Source: an uncultured Verrucomicrobiae bacterium (GTDB taxonomy: Bacteria; Verrucomicrobiota; Verrucomicrobiia; Limisphaerales; Palsa-1400). From it: a stretch of DNA of 64,000 bases. Below are positions 10,702 through 20,838 of the stretch, in pieces; position 1 is the first letter of the stretch; each line of letters opens with the position of its first letter. The stretch is from the NCBI GenBank assembly GCA_963707025.1, contig CAVPOM010000009.1, forward strand, positions 224,001 through 288,000, given 5' to 3'. The position numbers were made by a program, and so were the translations under genes. Below the pieces are notes generated by a model. It did no database searches. It had not been told where the DNA came from and was given only the letters and a program-made list of their open reading frames with translations.

Positions 10702-12741
10702 CTGGCCGGGGGTCGGGCGGAAATCCGCCGATGGCGGCAGCGGGGGGGATTTGTTTTTCCTGCAAGGTGTCAAATACAGTTTCGGCCAGTTTGCGGGCGT
10801 GAAAGGGCTTCTGGATGAAGACGGCCCCCGTGGTGGGCCGAAAATCCCCGGCGAGCCGCCCGGTGTCGTAGCCGCTGGTGAAGATGACTTTGAGGTCCGG
10901 TCTTTCGGCCTGAAGGATTTTGGCCAGTTCCTGGCCGCCCATGCCGTCGGGCAAAACCAGATCGCTCAAGAGCAAGTCAATTTTCTTTTTGTGTTGCACC
11001 CAGAGGGCCAGGGCGGCGTGGCCGGTGGCGGAATCCAGGACTCTGTAGCCGTAACTTTCCAAAATATGGTGCATCAGCTTGAGCAGCGGCGCTTCGTCTT
11101 CGACCAACAAAATGGTTTGGGCGCCGCCAATGACCTTTTGCTCGCCGGAGGGCATGACCAGCGGAACGCTCTTTTCGTGCCACGCCGGAAAATAGACTTG
11201 GAAGGTGGCGCCTTCGTGGAGGCGGCTGGTCACCTGAATCCAGCCTTGATGCTGCTTGACAATGCCATAAACGGTGGCCAGGCCCAGGCCGGTGCCGCGC
11301 CCCAGTTCCTTGGTCGTGAAAAACGGCTCGAAGATGCGGCCCAAATTCTCCGGGGCAATGCCGCAGCCGGTGTCGCTGAAGGTGAGGCAGACGAACTGGC
11401 CGGGGGCGGCCTCGGGATTGAGCCGGGCCTGGGCCTCGTCCAGCTTGGCCGCCGAGGTGCGGATGAGGAGTTGACCCCCTTTGGGCATGGCATCGCGCGA
11501 GTTGACCGCCAGGTTCATCAGCACCTGTTCCAACATGCCCAGATCGGCCTTGATGGATGGGAGGCCGGGGGCAAAATCCACGCGCAAGGCAATATCCTCG
11601 CCCAAAATGCGCCGCAGCATTTTGCCGACATTGTTGACCACCTCGTTCAAATCAGCCACTTGCAGATGAAGTCCGTGTTTGCGGCTGAAGGTCATCAATT
11701 GGCGCGTCAGGTCGCTGGCCCGCTTGGTGGCTTCGGAGATTTCCTTGAGGGAGTCGGCCACCTTGGCGCTGGAGGGCGGCCCGGCCATGAGCATGCCCGC
11801 ATGCCCGCTGATCACGGTGAGCAGGTTGTTGAAATCGTGGGCAATGCCGCTGGCCAACTGCCCCACCGATTCCATCTTCTGCGCCTGGCGCAATTCCGCC
11901 TCCAGCCGGGTGCGCTCGGTCACGTCCATCACCATGGAAAGCCAGGCCTGGCGCGCCCCGATGGCCAGGCCATGCGAGGTGATTTCCACTTCCAAAAGAT
12001 TGCCGTCCTGGACGCGATGCCGCCAGACCCCGGAGTTGCCGGCGCGCGGCGCCAGGCTGGACAGCCGTTGGCGGAAGGCGGGGATGTCTTGCGGCAGCGC
12101 CAGGTCCAGGAGTGTCATGGCCAGGAAATTATCCCGGTTGTAACCATAGAGCTGCACGGCCGCTTCGTTGACGGCCAGGAAGGCGAAGGTGGTCCGATCG
12201 TAGGCATAAATGGGGATCGGATTGTTGTCAAACAACAGCCGGTACTGCTCCAGCGCGGCCCGGCGCGACGCTTCCGCCGCGGTCCGCAGGGCCTCGGTTT
12301 GTTCCAGGGCGAGCTGGGTGTGGAAGGCGGCGGTGGATTTTTGCGCCAGGAACCGGGTGAAATGGCGGGCCAGGACAGGGTCCAGGGGCTTTCTCAGGAA
12401 CAGGCAGCGGTCGCGGGAATCGAGGTTCACCGCCAGGTCCTCCTCCCAGGAATCGGCCGCGCCGGCGCAAACGATCACCTCCAGCAGCGGATTCTCCTCC
12501 CGCAGCCGGGCCAGGGTGTGCAGGCCGGCCCGGGCGGGGGGGGGCCCGGGGCGGCAAACAGCAGGGCGTAAGGACAGCCTTCGGCGCGGGCCTCGGCGGC
12601 ACAAATCAAAGCCTCGGCCCCCGTGCCGGCGCCATCAATTTCAAAGCGCCCCGCGCCGGAGACCAGGCTGTCGCGGACCTGCTGGAGCAAATCCGGGTCG
12701 TCGTCCATGACGAGGACATGGCAGGGTTGGTCATGTTTCAT
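10694..12741 (-). pseudogene. Hybrid REC-PAS-histidine kinase-REC, frameshifted at a 9-base G/C run (12536-12544)
   Basis: The N-terminal receiver (MKHDQPCHVLVMDDD) is in one frame. The rest (PAS, AHDFNNLL H-box, EPFFTTK/GTGLGL, REC) is in another. One extra base in the run joins them. Confidence 0.8.
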
Positions 12742-12925
12742 GGTTCTGCATGATTTGCCGGCGCCGCGGGCAAGGGACTCCCGGCCCCAAGGCATTGCGG
12801 TTGAACAGGCCATGAGAGTCGGTGCGGGTGGATTTGAGCAGGAAAGGCCCCTCCCGTTCAAGACAAATCTTGGCCGGACAGGGCCGGCCAAAGCGGCGGG
12901 GGAGCGGCAGTGTCCAATTTGTGGC

Positions 12926-12952
12926 TAAAGTCTTTTCCGGGCTTGCCGATAG
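12926..12952 (+). promoter_or_regulatory. Sigma-28 (FliA) promoter of flagellin
   Basis: TAAA-N15-GCCGATAG versus consensus TAAA-N15-GCCGATAA, upstream of fliC. Confidence 0.9.
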
Positions 12953-13000
12953 CCAGTTAGTCGTAAGACATGGCGGTTGGCAGCCACAGAGAGCCAGACG

Positions 13001-13095
13001 GGAGACCGGCGGATGCCCGCAAGTAAAATCCGCCACACGACATGGATGTCGTGGCAACACATGACCCCGCAAGGGGTGACTCAAGGAAAGAGTTA
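13001..13095 (+). promoter_or_regulatory. CsrA/RsmA-type binding sites in fliC leader
   Basis: GGA at 13001, 13011, 13044 and 13085; GACA-TGGA-TGTC hairpin; ACTC-AAGGAAA-GAGT hairpin at the ribosome-binding region. Confidence 0.7.
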
Positions 13096-13099
13096 GATT

Positions 13100-13903
13100 A
13101 TGGTAATTAATACAAACATAGCAGCCTTATCAAGTGCCAACAACCTGGACAACTCCACCAACGCGCTCAATGCGTCGCTGGCGCGCCTGTCATCCGGCTC
13201 CAAACTCGTCAACGCCTCGGATAATCCCGCCGGCTTGGCGCAATCCATGGAGTTGAGCATGCAGATCGCGGAAACCAACGCGGGCAACGCCAATGTCAGC
13301 GATGCCTTGTCCTACTCGCAAACGCAGGACGGCTATCTGCAGCAAGTCAGTTCCGCCCTCAACCAGATGGCCAGCCTGTCCGTCGCGGCGCAGGACCCGA
13401 CGTTGTCGCCGGATGCCGTGACCGCTTATCAATCCACGTTTGCGGCTCTGCAAACTTACATCACCGGCGTCCAGACCCAGACGTTCAATGGCGTGGCCCT
13501 GTTCGGCGCCACTTCGGCCCTGAGCGTGGCGACGGGCAACGGGAACTCCGTCAGCCTGACCGCGGTTGATCCGGCCACTGACCTGGCTGGCGCCACCGCC
13601 ACCATCAAAGTGGATACCGCCACTGATGCCGCCGCCGCCTCGACGGCTGTGGCCACGGCCATCACGAATCTGGCCGCGGAACGTGCCGCGATCGGCGCGA
13701 ACGAGCAGGCCTTGACCTTCACCGGCCAGACCCTCGGCGTCCTGAGCACCAATCTGTCGGCTGCCAAAAGCACCCTCTCGGATGTGGATGTCGCCCAGGA
13801 GAGCACCAACTACGCCAAGGAGCAAATCCTCGTGCAGTCCGGCACGGCGATGTTGGCCCAGGCGAACGCCAACCCGCAATCCATTCTCAAGCTGCTCGCC
13901 TAA
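13100..13903 (+). CDS. fliC: Flagellin (minimal, 267 aa)
   Basis: MVINTN...LARLSSG...; TFNG; DVDVAQES...QILVQSGTAMLAQAN...ILKLL termini. Confidence 0.97.
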   Translation: MVINTNIAALSSANNLDNSTNALNASLARLSSGSKLVNASDNPAGLAQSMELSMQIAETNAGNANVSDALSYSQTQDGYLQQVSSALNQMASLSVAAQDPTLSPDAVTAYQSTFAALQTYITGVQTQTFNGVALFGATSALSVATGNGNSVSLTAVDPATDLAGATATIKVDTATDAAAASTAVATAITNLAAERAAIGANEQALTFTGQTLGVLSTNLSAAKSTLSDVDVAQESTNYAKEQILVQSGTAMLAQANANPQSILKLLA

Positions 13904-13930
13904 GGAGCGCTGACTGATGCGGTAGTTTCG

Positions 13931-13958
13931 ACCCGGGCGGCGTTCGCGCCGCCCGGGT
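13931..13958 (+). terminator. Strong hairpin after fliC (terminator or stability element)
   Basis: ACCCGGGCGGCG-TTCG-CGCCGCCCGGGT, perfect 12-bp stem; no clear U-tract. Confidence 0.65.
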
Positions 13959-14007
13959 GAATTCGCTTGAAAGATGAGACGGGAGACGCGCCAACGAAAG
14001 TAAAATT

Positions 14008-15792
14008 ATGTCTGTAGCAGTCACCGCCAGCAGCAATGCTCCGGTCTTGTCCGGCCTGGCCTCCGGGATGGACTGGACCTCGATCATCAACGAGATGGTG
14101 TCGATCCAAGAGGCGCCGGAGACGCTGATGAAGGCGCAACAAACCACCCTGGCAGCGCAGAAGGCCTCCTACACGACCATCGGAACAGACCTGGCGACAT
14201 TGCAGACCGACGTGGCCACGTTGATGGACCCGACTTTCTTCAGCAGCCGCACGGCTTCCGCCGCCAATGCCTTGGTGGCCAGCGCCACCGCCGCCACCGG
14301 CACTCCGCTGGGCAGCTACCTCTTCAAAATTACGCAACTGGCGGCCGCCGCCTCCTGGCAGGGCGCCGCCGCGGCGGTCAATCCCCTCAGCACCACCAGT
14401 AGTCTGGCCGGCGTGACGGTGGGCAATGCCGGGTTCGCCACCCCCCTGACGGCCGGGACTTTCACGGTCAACGGCAAGCAAATTACCATCGCCACCACCG
14501 ACACCCTGCAATCCGTTCTCACCCAAATCAACACCGACACCGGCCTGACCGCCAGTTACAACCCCGCGACGGATGAAATCACCCTGAGCGGCGCCAGCCC
14601 CATTGTTTTGGGCAACGCCAAGGACACGAGCAATTTTCTCCAGGTCGCCCAGCTTTACAACAACGGCGGCGGCACCATCACCAGCGCCTCGCCCCTGGGG
14701 GGCATCAATTTGGAAAACGTTCTCTCCTCCTCCAACCTGGCCACGGCCATCAACGATGGCGGCAGCGGCAACGGGCAGTTCCTCATCAACGGTGTGGCCA
14801 TAGATTTCAACGCCTCCACCGACACGATCAACAGTGTCCTGCAGAAGATCAACGACTCCACCGCCGGCGTGACCGCCACTTACGACGCCTCCAACAAACA
14901 GTTCCAACTGACCAACACCACCACCGGCGACGTGGGCATGACTCTGCAGGACGTGACCGGCAATTTTCTGGCGGCGACCGGCCTGTCCGCCGGCGCCTTG
15001 CAGCGCGGAACCAATTTGCAGTACAGCGTCAACGGGGGCGGCACCCTGACCAGCGAGAGCAACACCATTAATTCCAGCACCTCCGGCATCACCGGCTTGT
15101 CGGTGACGGCGCTGGCCGTGGGCAGCACGGCCGTGACGGTGCAAAGCGACACTGCCACCATCGCCACCGCCATCACCAGCTTTGCCACCGACTACAATGC
15201 CGTGCAGAACTATATCAGCACCCAGACGGCCGCCACGGCCAGCTCCACCGGCACCGTCACCGCCGGCACACTGACCGGCGACATGAACGTGGAAGGGCTC
15301 GCCACCGAGTTGCGCCAGTTGACCGATGCCGCGCCCGGCACGGTGGGAAACGCGCCGGACCTCAACGCCCTGGGGGTTGCCTCCAACGGCAAGGACAACA
15401 CCCTGGCGGTCAACTCGACCACCCTGGACGCGGCCCTGGCCGGCAACCTGGGGGCGGTGCAACAGTTGTTCACCGATCCGACCCACGGGCTGGCCACGAC
15501 GTTGAACAAGTACTTGAACAACACCACCGGCCTCAAAGGGGTGCTGGCCACCCAGGAAGCCTCCTTCACCCAGCAATCCAAGGACATCGGCGCGAGCATC
15601 ACCGCCCTGCAGAGCCGGATTACCCAGAATGAAACCACTCTGCAGAACGAATTCGTGGCCATGGAAACGGCCATCAACACGATCAACGCCCAGAAACAAT
15701 ACTTGACAGATTTCTTCAACGAGCCGGTCTCCACCAGCGCCGCGCCGACCACGGCCAACAGCTCCACCGGCTCCTCCTCCTCCGGCGGCTAA
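14008..15792 (+). CDS. fliD: Flagellar filament cap protein
   Basis: SGLASGMDWTSII N-terminus; FATDYN; C-terminal LQNEFVAMETAI; follows fliC. Confidence 0.92.
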   Translation: MSVAVTASSNAPVLSGLASGMDWTSIINEMVSIQEAPETLMKAQQTTLAAQKASYTTIGTDLATLQTDVATLMDPTFFSSRTASAANALVASATAATGTPLGSYLFKITQLAAAASWQGAAAAVNPLSTTSSLAGVTVGNAGFATPLTAGTFTVNGKQITIATTDTLQSVLTQINTDTGLTASYNPATDEITLSGASPIVLGNAKDTSNFLQVAQLYNNGGGTITSASPLGGINLENVLSSSNLATAINDGGSGNGQFLINGVAIDFNASTDTINSVLQKINDSTAGVTATYDASNKQFQLTNTTTGDVGMTLQDVTGNFLAATGLSAGALQRGTNLQYSVNGGGTLTSESNTINSSTSGITGLSVTALAVGSTAVTVQSDTATIATAITSFATDYNAVQNYISTQTAATASSTGTVTAGTLTGDMNVEGLATELRQLTDAAPGTVGNAPDLNALGVASNGKDNTLAVNSTTLDAALAGNLGAVQQLFTDPTHGLATTLNKYLNNTTGLKGVLATQEASFTQQSKDIGASITALQSRITQNETTLQNEFVAMETAINTINAQKQYLTDFFNEPVSTSAAPTTANSSTGSSSSGG

Positions 15793-15833
15793 TCCCGGCT
15801 TTAGCCGGCGGGTGATTTGACCGATAAAAGATC

Positions 15834-16463
15834 ATGTCGAGCATTTTCAACAAGCAGGCCAAGCCCCCCTTCCGCGTGGATTTAGACGACGAAATCACCG
15901 CCTGGCCCGGCAGCAGCCTGCAATCCTTGTCCGCGATCTTTGTCCACCTGGAAAAAATGGCGGTGCGCCAAAACCGCGGGGCCAGCTCGATCTGGGAAAA
16001 CGAAAGCGTGGCCAAACTGCATGAATTGCTCTCCGGCAGCCAGTTGCTGGAACCCGGTCCGCATGGCGGCCTGCGCTACCGCGATCTGGGCCGCCAGATC
16101 ATTGAAACGGCCCAGGCCCAGGTGCAGGTCTTGCAAAACCGCGCCCACGAGGTGCAATCGCTCCTCCTCATCAACGACTGGCCGGTGGCCAAACGGCTCT
16201 GGCTGGCCTTGCAGGCCGAGTGCCGCACGCCCCTCTACGAATTGAACTTTCTGGAAGATTTGTGGGGCTTCGATCCTCTCCAGCGGGGGGCCAGTTCCCG
16301 CCATCGCCGCCAGTTCGTTCTCATCCAGGCCGAGGTGCGAATGCTCCTGGCGCGCCAGGAAAGCCTGCTCGATCTCTCCAACACCTTGGAACGAGATTTG
16401 GGTTGCTGGCTGACCCATTTTGGCAAGATACTGCAAGACCTCGATGAACAGAGCCTGGCTTGA
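15834..16463 (+). CDS. Hypothetical helical protein in the flagellar locus
   Basis: 209 aa ATG ORF, co-directional between fliD and flgM. Confidence 0.6.
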   Translation: MSSIFNKQAKPPFRVDLDDEITAWPGSSLQSLSAIFVHLEKMAVRQNRGASSIWENESVAKLHELLSGSQLLEPGPHGGLRYRDLGRQIIETAQAQVQVLQNRAHEVQSLLLINDWPVAKRLWLALQAECRTPLYELNFLEDLWGFDPLQRGASSRHRRQFVLIQAEVRMLLARQESLLDLSNTLERDLGCWLTHFGKILQDLDEQSLA

Positions 16464-16572
16464 GCTAATGCGGACATTTCATAACCGCTTCCGAACCCGG
16501 TGGACGCCACAGGCGGCCCGCCCTGCCTTGGCTGCGCCGCGCCGAAGGGACCGGTGGCATCTGGATGCTTTG

Positions 16573-17239
16573 GTGAACCGGGCGTGGCAAACCCTGCGGC
16601 TGTGGCCGCTCCTGCTGGCGGCGGGTTGCGCCAGCCACTCGTTTGAACGTCACCCACGTGGCCGACATTCGTTACAAGCCCAGCAACGTCTATCTGAAAA
16701 GCAAGTTTCTGGCCCCCGATCTCAAGCGCGTCGCGCTCCTGCCCATCACCACCGTATCCTCCACCGAAACTTTTATTGCCGGCGCGCAACTGCTGCAGCC
16801 GCTGGTCGGGGCCGAACTGGAAAAAGTCAAACGATTTGAGCTGGTCATCATCTCCCCGGAACAACTGCGGCAATGGACCGGGCAGACGGCCTGGCGGGAT
16901 GATGAAGCGCTGCCGCCGGACTTCTTCAACCGGCTGCGCGAAGGCTGCGGCTGCGATGCCGTTTTCTTCACCCAATTGACCCGCTACTACCCTTACCAGC
17001 CGGTGGCGGTGGGCTGGAAAATGTCCCTGGTGGAAGTCCTGGGTGGTCAAATCGTCTGGAAAGCCGATGAATTGTTCGACGCCGGCGACACCATCGTGGC
17101 CAATGCGGCGCGCTACTATTCCGGCCAGCACGTGCATATTGAAGGACCGGCGGAGGACCCCGCCGCCATCCTGGGATCGCCCAGCCGCTTTGGCCAATAC
17201 AGCCTGAGCGCCATTCTGGCCACGTTGCCGGAGCGATGA
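16573..17239 (+). pseudogene. Lipoprotein of unknown function with an apparent frameshift at TTT 16642-16644
   Basis: Lipobox LLLAAGC is in one frame, the body (KRVALLP...) in the +1 frame. Removing one T gives CASHSLNVTHVAD. Start uncertain (16468 or 16573). Confidence 0.6.
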
Positions 17240-17256
17240 TGGGCCGGTTTTTGGCC

Positions 17257-17283
17257 TAAAGTTTTTATGTGACTGGCCGATAT
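17257..17283 (+). promoter_or_regulatory. Sigma-28 promoter of flgM-fliS operon
   Basis: TAAA-N15-GCCGATAT. Confidence 0.88.
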
Positions 17284-17337
17284 AGTGAGAGGGATGAAGC
17301 GGGGTGAGATGCGTGGTTTTAAAGATTGTGTAACGAT

Positions 17338-17607
17338 ATGGAAGTGAATACGAATTTCAGCGCCGGCGGCGTGGGCGGCATTACTCCCCAAAAACCGGCC
17401 GCCCCCGCGGCCAAAACCGCGGCGGCGCCCGATGCCTTTGCCAGTTCCTATGCCCTGGACCGCGCTGTCAAGAATCTCCCTGCCAGCCGCCCGGAAGCGG
17501 TCGTCCAGGCCAAGGCCCTGGCGGCCGATCCCAATTACCCGTCGGCCGACATCCTCCGCCAAGTCTCCGGCCTGCTGGCCGAGCGCCTGACTTCGGGGAG
17601 CGAGTAA
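17338..17607 (+). CDS. flgM: Anti-sigma-28 factor FlgM-like
   Basis: 89 aa, low-complexity N-terminus, then LPASRPEAVVQAKALAADPNYP; behind a sigma-28 promoter and before fliS. Confidence 0.7.
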   Translation: MEVNTNFSAGGVGGITPQKPAAPAAKTAAAPDAFASSYALDRAVKNLPASRPEAVVQAKALAADPNYPSADILRQVSGLLAERLTSGSE

Positions 17608-17620
17608 ACCTGCCCGCACC

Positions 17621-18092
17621 ATGCCCATGCAACGCGCCAAACCCTGGGACTCCTATCGCCGAGTCGCCACCCAAACCGCCAGTCCCGCCCATCTGGTCCT
17701 CATGCTCTATGATGGGGCCATCAGCTTTCTGGAACGGGCCCTGGCCGGATTCGACGGCACCGACCCGGCCCAGGTCAACCAGGCCATCAACAATAATATT
17801 GTGCGGGCCCAGGCCATCATTTACGAAATGAACGCCGCCCTCAACATGGAGGCGGGCGGGGAAATCGCGGTCAACTTCCGCCGCCTCTACAACTATTTTC
17901 ACACCCGCCTGCGCGAGGGCAACTTCAAAAAGCAAAAGGAGCCGGTCCAGGAAATCCTCCTGCGCCTGCGGGTCCTGCGCGACAGTTGGGCTGAAATAAT
18001 CCGCCAAGGGCCGCCCCGCGACCGCGGGACGGCCGGCCCGAGACACCGGCGGCGAAAGCGCCCGGCCGTCCTTCCAAGCCGTGGCCGCCTGA
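17621..18092 (+). CDS. fliS: Flagellin export chaperone FliS (tail probably frameshifted at CCCC 18014-18017)
   Basis: TASPAHLVLMLYDGAI, LNMEAGGEIA, LYNY, LRDSW; the +1 frame stops at 18090-18092, 3 nt before the next ATG. Confidence 0.9.
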
Positions 18093-18095
18093 TCC

Positions 18096-18488
18096 ATGAC
18101 CCCGCGAGAGCACATGGCCCGCCTTTTACAGCAATGGCAGCAGATGACCCGCGCCGAGTCGGCCGCCATCCAGGCCGCCGCCTGGCCCAAACTGCGCGAG
18201 ATTCAGTCGCGCAAAGCCTCTCTCCGGCAACCCTTGGACGAAGCTTTCCGGCAATGGAAAGCCAGTGAGCCGGCCGGATCCAGCGCCGCCGCCGGCGGCC
18301 TCCCCTTTCGCGCCCAAGTGGCCCGGCTCATCGCCTTGGAGGCGCACAACGCCCGGCTCCTGGCCTTGCGCCGGGAAAAGGCGCGCGAACAACAGCTTCA
18401 TCTGGAGCGCGCCGCCCATAACCTGCGCAACCTGCGCCGTTCCTACGCCCCGCCCTCCCCGCCCGCCGGCTGGAACTCCTACTCTTGA
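18096..18488 (+). CDS. FliT/FlgN-like flagellar chaperone
   Basis: 130 aa all-helical protein directly after fliS. Confidence 0.55.
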   Translation: MTPREHMARLLQQWQQMTRAESAAIQAAAWPKLREIQSRKASLRQPLDEAFRQWKASEPAGSSAAAGGLPFRAQVARLIALEAHNARLLALRREKAREQQLHLERAAHNLRNLRRSYAPPSPPAGWNSYS

Positions 18489-18623
18489 AGCGGACCAGGG
18501 TTTTGCACCGGCGGCATTGGCAAATCGCGGGGTGCCGGCATCAAGCTGCTCCCGGCCTTAAGCGGGGATTTTGGGATCAAACGCCAGGTTGCCAAGCCAG
18601 CCCGGACCGTTACAATTGAAGGA

Positions 18624-19416
18624 GTGCGCAACTATAAAACAACCTACCCGGCGCGCGGCTGCGGCAGGCAGGCGTTCACCTTGATTGAGCTGTTGGTGGT
18701 CATCGCCGTCATCGCCATTCTCGCCGCCCTGTTGTTGCCGTCGCTGGCCAAGGCCAAGGCCCGGGCCGACCAGACGGTACTGCTTGAACAGCTTGAAACA
18801 AATCGGCCTGGCCTCCGCGCTTTATGCGAACGACAACCAGGACCGCATCGCCTGGTTGAATGCTTACGGCGAGGCCTGGGCCGACAGCTTCCGCGGCAAC
18901 CCGTTGTTTAACCCGGCTGAGGTCTTTATGGAGAACGCTTTCCTGCCCTATGCGGGCACCAATAAGAGCAGCAGCACCGGCACCCCGCCGTCGGCGTGGC
19001 AACGCCCCGTGGCCGGCCTTTACACCTGCCCGGCCGCCATCCAGGAGGTGTTTCCCGCTGCCGCCGATCCGGGTGACGCTGGTTATGCCGATGATTACTA
19101 TTACGCCAACGACGGGGTTACTTACGTTTTTATGGCAACCTACTCTTATTATAACAACACCGCGGAAAACAATGTGACCCATCCGGTAACCAATCGCAAA
19201 AGCACGGATGTCTATATTCCATCCCTGGCGGTGCTGGTTTGGGAGATCCCCTACCACAGCGCGGCTTGCATGCCACACAACCTGGGCATGAACGTGCTGC
19301 ATGCGGATAACTCCGCCGGGCGCATCAAGGGTGATCCGAGGCAAACGGATTGGTACTTTTCCAACAGCTATATAGGATGGGATCCCCCTGGGACCAAGAA
19401 TGACAATCCGCTTTAG
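18624..19416 (+). pseudogene. Prepilin-type N-methylation domain protein (H-X9-DG-like), frameshifted at GG 18776-18777
   Basis: [23 protein letters not shown] is in one frame; CLNSLKQIGLA...HNLGMNVLHADN is in the +1 frame. Confidence 0.8.
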
Positions 19417-19546
19417 TTCTCCCGGTCCAGCCTGCGATCCGGGCCAGGCGCGGTTCCATCTCTCGCGTTGCTGTTCCGCCCCGCCGTTGCGGCAAAAATC
19501 AGTTGTCGTCAATGGAGGAGGGATCGGGTATGTCTTTGGTTGAGAT

Positions 19547-20770
19547 ATGACATTGCGATGGTTATTTTCGGCCCAGGTGCGGCAAACGACCGAGTTGTGC
19601 GGGCATGTGCGCCGGTTGTGCGCCGCCCAGCGCGACGTGCTGGCGCCGCCGGCTCTCCAGGCGATGGACGCCGCGTTGCAGAACACCAAGGCGGCCTTGC
19701 AAGCCAATGCGGACAAGGAGACGCTGGCCAAAAGCGCGGCCGAGCTGGAAAAGACAGCCAACAAATGGCTCCGGCCTTATCCCCACGCCGAATGGCGCGA
19801 AAATGTCGAGGTTTTTCTGGTCGCCATTGTTGTGGCCATGGGCATCCGCACTTTCTTTCTGCAACCGTTCAAAATCCCGACCAGTTCGATGCAGCCGACG
19901 TTGTTCGGGGTGACGGTTGACCCGCTCTACGAGGCGGGCTATCCAATGCCGGGGCTGTGGGCGCGGATTTACCGGCTGGCGGTGCAGGGGGCCATTTACC
20001 ACGAGGTCATCGCGCCGCAGGACGGGGAGGTGATCAACGCCGGCCCGCCGGAACATTTTCTGCGCTTTTTCAACAAGCAAACCGTCTTCGTGCGCTACCA
20101 AGGCGGCGCGGAGGATTCGTTCACCCTGTGGTTCACGCCCGACCAAGGCCCAACCGACCGTCCCTTCGAGGAGCGCATTGGATTGGCCAATCACCTGCAG
20201 TTCCACAAAGGGGAACCGATCATCCGTTTTGCCGAAACAACGGGCGACCATTTGTTCGTGGACCGGCTGACTTATAATTTTCGCCGGCCCGAACGCGGGG
20301 AAATCATCGTGTTCAAAACCAAGGGGATTATTCACCCTCAGATGGATCAGAGCCAGTTCTACATCAAGCGGCTGGTCGGTTTGCCCGGTGAATCGGTCGG
20401 CATCGGCAAAGATCGTCATGCCATCATCAATGGCCGGCGTCTGGACAGCACAACGCCCCACTTTGCCAACGTCTATTCATTTGATCCGAAAATTCCGGCG
20501 CGCGACAGCCACCTGCTGAAGGACCAGTTTTACAACGGCCATATTCTGCTGCCGCCGGAGCGGGACGGCTATCTGCATACGGAGGCGGAGAGAATGGTGG
20601 TGCCGGACAAGCATTACCTGGTGTTTGGCGACAACACCGCCACCAGTTTTGATGCGCGTTACTGGGGAACCGTGCCGCAGGAAAATATAATTGGCAGATC
20701 GTTCTTCATTTATTGGCCGATCAGCAGCCTGGCCCCCGCGCCCAGCCGGTTTGGCTGGGGCCAGCGATAA
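19547..20770 (+). CDS. lepB: Signal peptidase I
   Basis: PFKIPTSSM (Ser), YIKRLVGLPG (Lys), GDN..SFDARYWG. Confidence 0.95.
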   Translation: MTLRWLFSAQVRQTTELCGHVRRLCAAQRDVLAPPALQAMDAALQNTKAALQANADKETLAKSAAELEKTANKWLRPYPHAEWRENVEVFLVAIVVAMGIRTFFLQPFKIPTSSMQPTLFGVTVDPLYEAGYPMPGLWARIYRLAVQGAIYHEVIAPQDGEVINAGPPEHFLRFFNKQTVFVRYQGGAEDSFTLWFTPDQGPTDRPFEERIGLANHLQFHKGEPIIRFAETTGDHLFVDRLTYNFRRPERGEIIVFKTKGIIHPQMDQSQFYIKRLVGLPGESVGIGKDRHAIINGRRLDSTTPHFANVYSFDPKIPARDSHLLKDQFYNGHILLPPERDGYLHTEAERMVVPDKHYLVFGDNTATSFDARYWGTVPQENIIGRSFFIYWPISSLAPAPSRFGWGQR

Positions 20771-20838
20771 GGCCGCATTTTACAGTTGAGTTTTGCGGCT
20801 CTGTCCATAACTCTTAGACCAACTCAACAAGGCATCTT

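Noticed and set aside
5876..10773. Long minus-strand ORFs (895 and 685 aa) and similar shadows elsewhere
   Set aside because: They mirror well-supported genes on the opposite strand
15801..15827. Third sigma-28 promoter (ACCGATAA)
   Set aside because: The -35 position reads TAGC, and the site is very close to the start codon
18093..18268. Long Arg-rich FliS C-terminal tail
   Set aside because: It overlaps the next gene by ~170 nt and is better explained by a +1 indel
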